A DNA stretch of 64,000 nucleotides from a candidate division WWE3 bacterium (GTDB taxonomy: Bacteria; Patescibacteriota; WWE3; UBA101185; UBA10185). Below are positions 28,262-36,890 of this stretch, piece by piece. The DNA lies in assembly GCA_052035175.1 (NCBI GenBank), contig JBPOHV010000001.1:622428-686427 (forward strand), written 5' to 3'. Made by a program: the position numbers and the translations under genes. Numbering within the stretch: position 1 is the stretch's first letter; each line of letters opens with the position of its first letter. The notes beneath the pieces were generated by a model. That model saw only the letters and a program-made list of their open reading frames with translations, was not told the DNA's origin and searched no databases.

Positions 28262-28288
28262 TTAAGGACCTGGTCAGACCTGGTCTAA
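28262..28288. repeat. internal direct copy of the 27-bp repeat (TTAAGGACCTGGTCAGACCTGGTCTAA)
   Basis: 26 of 27 positions identical to the left end copy. Confidence 0.9.
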
Positions 28289-28400
28289 TATTTATAAATC
28301 CCACGTCTTAGGTTAATAGCTTATTTTTTTTAATAGATTGTTTTTTTAATGGACAAGTTTGCCTTTTGTTCGGGTACTTAGTATAATCCAAGACATAAAA

Positions 28401-28471
28401 GGCGGTATAGCTCAGCGGGAGAGCACCGGGCGACAACCCGGAAGTCCGTGGTCCGACTCCACGTGCCGCCA
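28401..28471 (+). tRNA. tRNA-like gene, anticodon region CGACAA, apparent 6-nt loop, unusual T-loop TCCGACT, no encoded CCA
   Basis: Acceptor GGCGGTA/TGCCGCC, D-arm GCTC-AGCGGGA-GAGC, anticodon stem CCGGG/CCCGG enclosing 6 nt, T-stem CGTGG/CCACG. Confidence 0.45.
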
Positions 28472-28592
28472 ATCCGGAGTATATTATGCGGTCGTAACCA
28501 ATCGTTCCGCTTATATACTCTAGAGTAGAGTGAACTAAGGGCCTTACCTAAGGCGTTCGCCTTTAGTTCACTCTAATTTTCTTTATTGGAAA

Positions 28593-28619
28593 CTAGACCA
28601 GGTCTGACCAGGTCCTTAA
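28593..28619. repeat. 27-bp inverted-repeat end (right), exact reverse complement of 27247-27273
   Basis: CTAGACCAGGTCTGACCAGGTCCTTAA. Abuts the PBP1A stop codon. Confidence 0.9.
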
Positions 28620-28620
28620 A

Positions 28621-31293
28621 TTACTCCAGAACCCAGCCTTTAATATTTAAATCAACGCTATCTGAACCTTCGTTACCGTCATCGTCTTCGGCTTCTACTT
28701 TAAATGTGTGATTGCCCAATTGATTTTTATTAAACGTAAAGTTATAACCATACGGCGCTGACTTATCTGTTGCAACCTCATTACCATCCATATATATTTT
28801 GATACGCTCAATATCGTTGTATGCCGATATTTCAACATTAATTCTAAAATCTAGTGGAACGTCGTCACCATTTTCTACGCCTACAATAGAAACATTAACA
28901 TCATCTTTGTTTGAAACTTCGTTTCCGTCAAACTCTAACTTACTAACCATTTGAGGAGGGAAATATTTATCATCACCACTAAAGTTCTCTTTTAACCAAC
29001 TATCTACATAAGTCTGCCACAATGAAACTTCTGGTTTTATTTTGATAAATGTTTTGACTTCTGTTTCATCTGCATCTCTACATTCATTATTTGCTATACG
29101 ACCATCAATTTTGCATATTTCTATTTTTTGATACCAATCGCTCACCGAAGTAGGCTCGGTACCTTTTACAAACCATTCTTCGCGTGTGGCTTCCTCACCA
29201 GTAGGTAATCCACCTGTCAAACGGTCAACTTTGATCTTTTGTACATTTTCTGGAGATTCAAACTTTTCTTCTTCTTTATCTTTTAAATATTCAACAAAGA
29301 AATTATGCCAAATAGGTGTCGCACCAGTTATACCAGAAGAAATATACTGGTTTAAAGGCTCGTTGTTGTTGTTTCCAACCCAAGTACCAACGACAAGCGA
29401 AGGAGTATACCCAACAGCATAATTATCACGCTTATCATTGGTTGTACCTGTCTTAACTGCTACTTGATGACCAGGAATATTTAGTAAACTACTAGGACCA
29501 AACGCATCACTACGTGCGCCATTATCAGATAAAATATCTGAAATCAAAAAAGCAACACCATCGCTTAGTGCACGTTTGCCACCAGCGTCTGTCCACTTGT
29601 ACAAGGTATTACCAGATGAATCTTTTACTTCTAATATTGGCGTAGGTTCTCGATACATGCCTTTGGATGCAAAAACAGTATATGCACCAGTCAATTGAAG
29701 TAAAGACGTTTCTGCGCCACCAAGCGTAATTGCAAGCCCATAACGAGAACGATCGGTAAATGAAGTTATACCCATTTTTTCTGCTTGATCTATCATTGTA
29801 TCTACACCTACAATCTGCAAAGCTTTTACAGCAGGAATATTCAATGAATTAGCTAGTGATTTTCGTAATGACATCGGTCCCCTAAAAGTACCATCATAAT
29901 TTACAGGCTCATAAGGTTCATCAACTTTGGCGCCAGGAAATTTTGTAGGAACATCTAAAAATGGAAACGCTGATGTATAACCCTTTTCTAGCATTGTTGC
30001 ATACGTCACTGGTTTTATCGCAGAACCAGGCTGACGAAGCGAAGTAGCTACATTTACTTGCGGTTCAAATGTACAGCTATCTTCACCAGTTATACCAGAA
30101 ATGCAATCTGCTGGTTCTGAATTCAAGAAAAATCCTTTACTACCTACCATTGCAAGAACTTGCGAAGTTTTGGAGTCTAAGGCAACTAATGCACCGTTTC
30201 CTACATTATAATTCTTTTCTTTTTCAACTTGGTCAAAAACTATTTGCTGTGCTTTATTTTGTAAATCTAAATCTAGTGTGGTTGTTACTTGTAAACCAGC
30301 TTGATCTACATAATCTTCTCCAAACATATCGGCCAAAACACTTTTGACATAAAAGACGAAATGAGGAGCATTCAATGGAACATCGGCGTCTTGAAATGCC
30401 AATTGCTCGTTTTTTGCTGCTTCATAGTCTTCGGTACTCAAAAAGTATTTATTGCCATCTTCTCCTTGCCAACCGCGTTCGTGCATCAATTGCAAAACAT
30501 AGTTTTTGCGTGATACACCTGCTTCTGGCGTATTACCAAAATAAGAATACCGAGATGGACTTTGAGGTAAACCAGCAATATATGCTGCTTCGGCAATCGT
30601 AAGGTCTTTTGGTGATTTATTAAAATAAGATCGTGCAGCAGTAAAAACCCCATAATTTTGCCCACCGTATGGAGTCTCATTCAAATACATTTGTAGTATT
30701 TCATTTTTTGTATATCTGTTTTCTAATTGTAAAGAAAGTATAAGTTCTTTGGCTTTGCGTGTAATAGTTTGTTCTTGGCTCAAAAGGGTATTTTTTACAA
30801 CTTGCTGTGTAAGCGTAGACCCGCTTTGTAAACCTTCACCCAATGCTATGTTTTTGACTGCGCGCAACATGCCCAAAAGATAAAAACCTTGATGGCTATA
30901 AAAGTTTGCGTCTTCAGCAGCTAATGTAGCGTGTATCAAGTTTGGTGAAATATCTTCGAATTTGACTAAAGTTCTATTTTTATCGCCATAAAATTCGTAT
31001 AAGATTTTGCCATTGCGATCAAAAATCTTTGTCGAAAGCTCAAAACTGCGCTCCAACAATTCATTTGGATTGGGCAATTCATACGAAAAATATGCAAAAA
31101 CAGCAAAAATTAATGTGATTGCAAAAACTAGTCCAAATAAAGACATTTTGGCCAAAAACAAAGCAATTTTTAGCTTTTTAGTTTTGTCTGTAATAAATTT
31201 CTTTGGTATAAGTCTGCTGCTAATACTAGGAGACTTTGATGATTTGCTTGGTAAGGTTGCTTTAGTTTTCTGTTGCATACGATCATTATACAA
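28621..31293 (-). CDS. class A penicillin-binding protein 1A (transglycosylase/transpeptidase) with C-terminal extension
   Basis: N-terminal TM and GT51 motifs (EDANFYSHQG, GGSTLTQQ). Transpeptidase SxxK/KTG motifs (KTGTTND). Confidence 0.9.
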   Translation of the reverse strand: MYNDRMQQKTKATLPSKSSKSPSISSRLIPKKFITDKTKKLKIALFLAKMSLFGLVFAITLIFAVFAYFSYELPNPNELLERSFELSTKIFDRNGKILYEFYGDKNRTLVKFEDISPNLIHATLAAEDANFYSHQGFYLLGMLRAVKNIALGEGLQSGSTLTQQVVKNTLLSQEQTITRKAKELILSLQLENRYTKNEILQMYLNETPYGGQNYGVFTAARSYFNKSPKDLTIAEAAYIAGLPQSPSRYSYFGNTPEAGVSRKNYVLQLMHERGWQGEDGNKYFLSTEDYEAAKNEQLAFQDADVPLNAPHFVFYVKSVLADMFGEDYVDQAGLQVTTTLDLDLQNKAQQIVFDQVEKEKNYNVGNGALVALDSKTSQVLAMVGSKGFFLNSEPADCISGITGEDSCTFEPQVNVATSLRQPGSAIKPVTYATMLEKGYTSAFPFLDVPTKFPGAKVDEPYEPVNYDGTFRGPMSLRKSLANSLNIPAVKALQIVGVDTMIDQAEKMGITSFTDRSRYGLAITLGGAETSLLQLTGAYTVFASKGMYREPTPILEVKDSSGNTLYKWTDAGGKRALSDGVAFLISDILSDNGARSDAFGPSSLLNIPGHQVAVKTGTTNDKRDNYAVGYTPSLVVGTWVGNNNNEPLNQYISSGITGATPIWHNFFVEYLKDKEEEKFESPENVQKIKVDRLTGGLPTGEEATREEWFVKGTEPTSVSDWYQKIEICKIDGRIANNECRDADETEVKTFIKIKPEVSLWQTYVDSWLKENFSGDDKYFPPQMVSKLEFDGNEVSNKDDVNVSIVGVENGDDVPLDFRINVEISAYNDIERIKIYMDGNEVATDKSAPYGYNFTFNKNQLGNHTFKVEAEDDDGNEGSDSVDLNIKGWVLE

Positions 31294-31331
31294 GTTTTTT
31301 TCTACAAAAGATGAGATATAATGACTTTATA

Positions 31332-31469
31332 ATGCAAGCCAATGATTTAAAACATAAATTCAAAAGAGTGCTTAAAAGAGTTTTCAATAAAGACACACTG
31401 GTCAAGGCCATAATAGGATTTGCAGGATTTTGCCTTTTGGCAACATCGATACTACCTTATCTATTATGA
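31332..31469 (+). CDS. possible 45-aa small membrane protein
   Basis: MQANDLKHKFKRVLKRVFNKDTLVKAIIGFAGFCLLATSILPYLL. No clear SD. Confidence 0.2.
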   Translation: MQANDLKHKFKRVLKRVFNKDTLVKAIIGFAGFCLLATSILPYLL

Positions 31470-31497
31470 GGCTTCATCAGTATAACAATTAAGCAGT

Positions 31498-33522
31498 ATG
31501 ATGATTAATCTAAAAGCTTCTGTTTCAAAATTAGCGGGTGTAGGACCCAAATATCTTAAATTATTGGAAAAACTGTATATATATACCACCGAAGACTTTT
31601 TGTACTATTTTCCTTTTAGATACGATGACTTTACCAATATCTCTACGATAGATAATTGGCAAAACGGTCAAACACTCACGACATCTGCCCAAATTACAAG
31701 CATAACAAATGTAATTTCAAAAAACGGCAAAAGACTGACAATCGCACAAATACAAGATAATACAGCTAAGGGTAGAGTAGTGTGGTTTAATCAACATTTT
31801 TTGATAAAAGTTTTGAAAAAAAATATAACTTACAATTTTTCTGGAAAAGTTGCAGAGTTCAACGAAAAAAACACATTAGTTAATCCGATATTTGAGTCGG
31901 TAGACAATCAAAGTATTCACACTCAAGGGTTAGTACCAATTTACCCAGAAACTGAAGGCGTGTCATCAAAATGGCTTCGCACTAAAATAAAAGACTTAGT
32001 AACCAAAATAGATACTGACTCACTCGATGAGTATCTTCCTGAACATTTATTAAATGAATACGATTTGCTAGATATAAATACAGCAATCAAAGATATCCAT
32101 TTTCCACAAAGTCACATTCACGCACAAAAAGCAAAAGACCGACTTGCGTTCGAAGAAATCTTTTTTGAACTTTTAAATGTTGAATACCGAAAGTATGAAT
32201 TGGAAAACAAACATAAGGGTATTAAATTAAATATAAATCAAACATATATCAACGAGTTTATAGCTACATTACCTTTTGAACTAACATCAAGCCAAAATGA
32301 CGCATGTGATCATTTACTGAGATTGATGCAAATAAATAAACCAATGAACTCATTGCTCGCTGGAGACGTAGGCAGCGGAAAAACAATAGTAGCTGCTATA
32401 TGTGCATATGCCGCATATACAAGTGGCTATCGGACTGTATATTTGGCGCCGACAGAGATCTTGGCCAACCAACACTTTCAAACATTTTCAAATTTGTTTA
32501 CCAAACTAGGTATCAAACTACAACTAGTTACTAGCAACACAAAAGAAAAAACATTTGATGCAGACATGTTGATCGGAACGCATGCACTTTTGTACAAAGA
32601 AGATATTTATAAAAAAATTGGATTTGTTGTAATCGATGAACAACATAGATTTGGTGTAGAACAAAGACATAAAATCTCGAAAGTATTAACAGCAAACGAA
32701 ACGATACCACATGTACTTAGTATGACTGCAACACCAATACCGCGTACGTTAGCTTTGACGCTTTTCGGCGATTTGGATATCTGCACGTTAGACGTTTTAC
32801 CAAATAAAGATAAAAAAATAATTACAAAAGCAGCAACACATACACAAAGAACCACTATTTATACTTGGATAAAAAACAGCAACAAAAGAGCCTTTATTGT
32901 TTGCCCGTTTATAGAAGTGTCTGATCAACCTAATTTGGAAAATGTAAAAGCAGCGCAAGTAGAATACGAAACACTCAAAAAAACGTTTTTTAAAAACCAT
33001 AATGTTGGTTTACTTCACGGCAAGCTCAAACCAGAAGAAAAAACTAAGATAATCGAAGATTTTACACAAGGTAATATTCAAATCTTGGTTTCTACGCCTG
33101 TTATAGAAGTAGGCATAGATATTCCTGACGCTGAAATTATTGTTATCGAAAGTGCAGAGAGATACGGCCTTGCGAGTTTACACCAGCTCCGCGGCCGTGT
33201 AGGCCGCGGAGCCAAAACCGGCTATTGCTTTGCAATAATGAGCGATAACTCTACAACAGGCTATTCACGACTTAAACACCTAGAAACAATAGATAAAGGC
33301 ATAGAACTCGCCGAAATAGATATGCAGACACGCGGCAGGGGAGACATCTTCGGAACAATACAACACGGATTCAAAAGCTTTAAACTAGCAGACTTATCTG
33401 ATATAAATCTGTTAGAGAAAGCAAAAAAAGCTGCAATTGCTACATTTGAACAAATAGATACTTTGCCCAAGCTCAAAGCCAAGCTCGAAAATAAATACAG
33501 CAAGTTTATTTCTTCAAATTAG
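31498..33522 (+). CDS. recG: ATP-dependent DNA helicase RecG
   Basis: Wedge domain plus helicase motifs (LLAGDVGSGKT, DEQHRFGV, LHQLRGRVGRG). Confidence 0.9.
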   Translation: MMINLKASVSKLAGVGPKYLKLLEKLYIYTTEDFLYYFPFRYDDFTNISTIDNWQNGQTLTTSAQITSITNVISKNGKRLTIAQIQDNTAKGRVVWFNQHFLIKVLKKNITYNFSGKVAEFNEKNTLVNPIFESVDNQSIHTQGLVPIYPETEGVSSKWLRTKIKDLVTKIDTDSLDEYLPEHLLNEYDLLDINTAIKDIHFPQSHIHAQKAKDRLAFEEIFFELLNVEYRKYELENKHKGIKLNINQTYINEFIATLPFELTSSQNDACDHLLRLMQINKPMNSLLAGDVGSGKTIVAAICAYAAYTSGYRTVYLAPTEILANQHFQTFSNLFTKLGIKLQLVTSNTKEKTFDADMLIGTHALLYKEDIYKKIGFVVIDEQHRFGVEQRHKISKVLTANETIPHVLSMTATPIPRTLALTLFGDLDICTLDVLPNKDKKIITKAATHTQRTTIYTWIKNSNKRAFIVCPFIEVSDQPNLENVKAAQVEYETLKKTFFKNHNVGLLHGKLKPEEKTKIIEDFTQGNIQILVSTPVIEVGIDIPDAEIIVIESAERYGLASLHQLRGRVGRGAKTGYCFAIMSDNSTTGYSRLKHLETIDKGIELAEIDMQTRGRGDIFGTIQHGFKSFKLADLSDINLLEKAKKAAIATFEQIDTLPKLKAKLENKYSKFISSN

Positions 33523-33595
33523 TAGATTTGTTGATACAAAATAGCAAGTTTGTTGCTACAAAAAGCAAGTTTGTTGCCACAAATGGGAAAATAAT

Positions 33596-34147
33596 ATGTT
33601 ACCAAGTTTGCGAATTACATCTGGAATAGTAAAGAACAAAAAACTTACTGCACCAAAGATAGAAGGTTATCGGGCCGTGCAAGACAAAGCTAAGTTGGCT
33701 GTGTTTTCAATATTGGAAGACACAATACTTGACGCCAAATGCTTAGATTTATATGCGGGTAGTGGAAGTATGGGGCTCGAAGCTTTGAGCCGTGGAGCAG
33801 CCTGGTGCGATTTTGTAGATCAAAGCTATGAAGCAATAGGAGCAATCAGGCAAAATATTGCTGATTGCAAATTTGAAAACAAAAGCTTAACTCACCATAC
33901 TGATGCCGTTAAATACGCCGCTAATACCAGTGAAAAATATGACGTTATCTTTTGTGATCCGTTTTATAAAGATACAGCCCACATTTTTTTATTAAAGAAT
34001 ATAAGTGAAATTTTGACTGAAAATGGTGTTTTAATATTTTTTCATGGTGGATTAGACTTCACCAAGCTTTTAAAAGATAATTCATTGAAAGTGGTAGATG
34101 ATAGAAGGTTTGGAAAGAGTTTTGTCACCTTTTTAAAGTGCAATTAG
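33596..34147 (+). CDS. rsmD: 16S rRNA (guanine966-N2)-methyltransferase
   Basis: LDLYAGSGSMGLEALSRGA SAM-binding motif and a DPPY-like FCDPFYK. Confidence 0.8.
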   Translation: MLPSLRITSGIVKNKKLTAPKIEGYRAVQDKAKLAVFSILEDTILDAKCLDLYAGSGSMGLEALSRGAAWCDFVDQSYEAIGAIRQNIADCKFENKSLTHHTDAVKYAANTSEKYDVIFCDPFYKDTAHIFLLKNISEILTENGVLIFFHGGLDFTKLLKDNSLKVVDDRRFGKSFVTFLKCN

Positions 34148-34235
34148 AAATACACTTTTTGTAAAGTTTGTTTTGTGGGTGGGCCAAGAATATGCATAAA
34201 GCACGATTCTTGGCCCACGCCACGTCACCAGGGTT

Positions 34236-34385
34236 GGGTTAGGACTTTTTTTCTGGGTCCTTTTCCCCTGGTGACGTTGTTTCGCCATGCGCGCCTTTGG
34301 GGGCGAGCATGGCCATAACACCCAAGAAAAGCACGAATCCTCCTAATAGAAGGAGGACCGTACAAACGGGTTGGATAATATCCAT
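34236..34385 (-). CDS. 49-aa hydrophobic small peptide A (MDIIQPVCTVLLLLGGFVLFLGVMAMLAPKGAHG...)
   Basis: AAGGAGA SD about 4 nt upstream and a single TM helix. Lies in a GC-rich palindromic insert and is a paralogue of peptide B. Confidence 0.35.
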
Positions 34386-34594
34386 GGCTCTCCTTTGTCC
34401 CGCCGAAGCGGGACAAGATAAATATTTTTGATAGAAATAGTATAACCTATAGCTAGTTTTTTGTAAAATTGAAAGATTTAATCAATAAAGGATCAATGGC
34501 CAAGTGAGGTTTCGCAAAAAAATGCGACCTTCAAATGGCCATTTGAGTCAGGGGGGAACGATTTTGTTTATGTTTCTTGCAACATAAACAAATA

Positions 34595-34616
34595 GGAATA
34601 GTCCTAGGACTATTCC
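34595..34616. repeat. perfect 22-bp palindrome GGAATAGTCCTAGGACTATTCC
   Basis: Exactly self-complementary. Lies just downstream (minus-strand sense) of peptide B. Confidence 0.8.
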
Positions 34617-34647
34617 CAGCCCCCCACAGAAAAAAAACCGATGCCCA

Positions 34648-34788
34648 TTAGGACCTCCTTTTATCCTTGGGGGCAATATGAATGCTCCAATGAGCAAACA
34701 CCGCCCCCAAAGTGAGGCCGCCGAAGGCGGCCAAAAAAAAGATAACAGCGGCGAGTTGCTCGCCGAAGTTATTTGCCATGGTATCCAT
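34648..34788 (-). CDS. 46-aa hydrophobic small peptide B (MDTMANNFGEQLAAVIFFLAAFGGLTLGAVFAHWSIHIAPKDKRRS)
   Basis: Strong SD AAAGGAGG 4 nt upstream. TM helix with a GG motif and an APK motif shared with peptide A. Its stop overlaps a second SD-preceded 12-codon ORF (TAATG). Confidence 0.35.
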   Translation of the reverse strand: MDTMANNFGEQLAAVIFFLAAFGGLTLGAVFAHWSIHIAPKDKRRS

Positions 34789-34912
34789 GGCACCTCCTTT
34801 TCATAAATCACACGACCTAACGTGACTTATGAATTAGTGGAATTATTATTGATATTAGCATCGGGTACAGATGTATGGAAGGTCAGTCCTCGATGAGGAC
34901 TGACCTTCGGCT

Positions 34913-34939
34913 TGACTGACATAAGTCCTCATGTATAAT
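34913..34939 (+). promoter_or_regulatory. sigma70 promoter for rpmF (near-leaderless transcript)
   Basis: TTGACT, 15-nt spacer, extended -10 TGTATAAT. The ATG lies about 10 nt after the -10. Preceded by the perfect hairpin GAAGGTCAGTCCTC-GAT-GAGGACTGACCTTC. Confidence 0.5.
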
Positions 34940-34949
34940 GGGCTGCAGT

Positions 34950-35096
34950 ATGCCAGTACCAAAAAGAAAACATTCATTAGGAAGAGTCAGACGCAAAAGA
35001 CAAGAAAAAATGCGTAAGTCAGCTGTAATAGCAGTTCAAGACAAAAAAAGCGGAACTTACCATAGACCTCACGTAGAAGAAAAAGTTAAAATCTAA
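34950..35096 (+). CDS. rpmF: ribosomal protein L32
   Basis: [48 protein letters not shown] matches the bL32 pattern (MAVPKRKTS...HRV). Under 60 aa, so absent from the ORF track. Confidence 0.75.
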   Translation: MPVPKRKHSLGRVRRKRQEKMRKSAVIAVQDKKSGTYHRPHVEEKVKI

Positions 35097-35098
35097 GC

Positions 35099-35518
35099 AT
35101 GAAATCAAAACTTGACCCACGTCACGGAGCGAGAAAACTTGCACTTTCTTCAATCTTTTGTTGGTTGTTTTCTGAGCCAGACCAGCGAATGACCTTAAAA
35201 CTCGCTGAAGATGTATTAGAAGAGCAAAGTGTCGACACAACATTGACAAACGAAATAGTCGAAGGCGTAAAAGTTCACAAATCTGATATTGATGATATAA
35301 TCCAAAAATGCGCGCCAGACTGGCCTTTAGATAAGATCGCACGTATAGACCTTGTCATATTAAGGATAGCAATTTTTGAGGTTCTTTTTGCAAAAAAGAC
35401 TCCACAAAAAGTTGCAATTGACGAAGCAATAGAACTAGCAAAGGAATTTGGAGGCGAAAGCTCATCTAAATTTATCAATGGGGTTCTAGGCACAGTAGTA
35501 CAAAATTATAAAATTTGA
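35099..35518 (+). CDS. nusB: transcription antitermination factor NusB
   Basis: [15 protein letters not shown] ... typical NusB helical fold sequence. Confidence 0.8.
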   Translation: MKSKLDPRHGARKLALSSIFCWLFSEPDQRMTLKLAEDVLEEQSVDTTLTNEIVEGVKVHKSDIDDIIQKCAPDWPLDKIARIDLVILRIAIFEVLFAKKTPQKVAIDEAIELAKEFGGESSSKFINGVLGTVVQNYKI

Positions 35519-35585
35519 TCGGAGATCAAGAAGGATTGACCAGGAGTCAAGAAAATTTGATCGTCAGATCAAAAATAAATTTAAA

Positions 35586-35819
35586 ATGGATAACGTTTCA
35601 AAAAAAATATTACATATAATAGCAAATAACTGCGCAGTGGAAGAAACCGAAATTACACCAGAATCTTTTTTGGAAGAAGATTTGAATATAGGTGAGATGG
35701 AGCTCTTAGAGCTTTGGCCAGATATCGAAGAGGCTTTTGGTGTAGAACTTGAAGAAGAAGTAAAAGAAGGCGTAGAATCTGTCCAAGACATAATAGATAT
35801 AGTCGAAGAAGAATTATAA
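35586..35819 (+). CDS. acyl carrier protein homologue lacking the phosphopantetheine-attachment serine
   Basis: Aligns to ACP helix II. SFLEEDLNIGEMELLEL corresponds to SFVEDLGADSLDTVELV, so the DSL serine is replaced by Glu. Located immediately upstream of rnc, as acpP is in Firmicutes. Confidence 0.6.
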   Translation: MDNVSKKILHIIANNCAVEETEITPESFLEEDLNIGEMELLELWPDIEEAFGVELEEEVKEGVESVQDIIDIVEEEL

Positions 35820-35822
35820 TTT

Positions 35823-36527
35823 ATGGCAGTTGAGACTATGGCATTTAATTTTGATAAGATAAAAATCTTGCTTGAGATTGTATCAGACAATGAAACATTG
35901 TTTAAAACAGCCTTTACGCACAGATCTTATCTCAACGAGCACCCAGAATACACAAATCCCTCTAATGAAAGGCTAGAATTCTTGGGAGACGCAGTTTTGC
36001 AACTGCTTTCTTCTGAATACTTGTATGAAAAATACCCAAACTCACCAGAAGGAGAACTTACCAACTTTCGGGCTTCAATAGTATGTACACAATCTTTGGC
36101 GCAAGAAGCCAAAAGGTTAGGCTATGGCGCACATTTATTGCTTTCAAACGGTGAAGATGCAACTGGTGGTAGAGACAGAGAATATATATTGGCAAATACA
36201 TTTGAAGCCGTGTTGGGAGCTATTTTCTTAGAAAAAGGCATAGACACAGCAAAAGCATTTGTATCCAAAAACTTACTTTATAAGATTACAGAAATTGTAG
36301 ACAAAGAAAAATATAAAGACGCAAAATCGATGTTTCAAGAGAAAGCTCAAGAATTAAAAGGCCTTACCCCGCAGTATAAAGTTGTAGATTCTTGGGGATT
36401 AGACCACGAAAAAACCTTTAAAATCGGGGTTTACATAGGCGATGAGCTCTATGGCATGGGTGAAGGAACGAGCAAACAGAAAGCAGAACAACAAGCTGCA
36501 ATTACGGCCTTGGAAAAATTGAAGTAA
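35823..36527 (+). CDS. rnc: ribonuclease III
   Basis: ERLEFLGDAVL signature and a C-terminal dsRBD. Confidence 0.9.
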   Translation: MAVETMAFNFDKIKILLEIVSDNETLFKTAFTHRSYLNEHPEYTNPSNERLEFLGDAVLQLLSSEYLYEKYPNSPEGELTNFRASIVCTQSLAQEAKRLGYGAHLLLSNGEDATGGRDREYILANTFEAVLGAIFLEKGIDTAKAFVSKNLLYKITEIVDKEKYKDAKSMFQEKAQELKGLTPQYKVVDSWGLDHEKTFKIGVYIGDELYGMGEGTSKQKAEQQAAITALEKLK

Positions 36528-36548
36528 TCTGCTAGAATTGGCGATGTT

Positions 36549-36845
36549 ATGTCAGTATCAATACGTTTAGCAAAAATAGGAAGAATACATACACCTGCAT
36601 ATAGGATTGTTGTAGCAAATACACGAGATAAGAGAAATGGACGTTCTCTAGATATATTGGGGCATTATAACCCAATAGATAAAAAGAATACTTTTGTTAT
36701 CGACAACGACAAATACGCAGAATGGGTAAAAAAAGGCGCAATAGTCACAGATGCAGTCAAAAGCCTAGTAGCTGGAACATATGTATTTAAAAAGTATGAT
36801 CCAAAAGCTGCTAAAGAAGCCGCAGAAGCAGCATCACAAGCATAA
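36549..36845 (+). CDS. rpsP: ribosomal protein S16
   Basis: MSVSIRLAKIGRIHTPAYRIVVANTRDKRNGR... Confidence 0.9.
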   Translation: MSVSIRLAKIGRIHTPAYRIVVANTRDKRNGRSLDILGHYNPIDKKNTFVIDNDKYAEWVKKGAIVTDAVKSLVAGTYVFKKYDPKAAKEAAEAASQA

Positions 36846-36890
36846 AGTCTAGATTTAAAGTAACAGCTTGTAATCAAAGAACTAAATAAA

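Noticed and set aside
34225-34811. Listed minus-strand ORFs 34225-34416, 34133-34321 and 34548-34811 in the GC-rich insert
   Set aside because: These frames run through palindromes without SDs. The shorter SD-preceded peptides in other frames are preferred, though still unproven.
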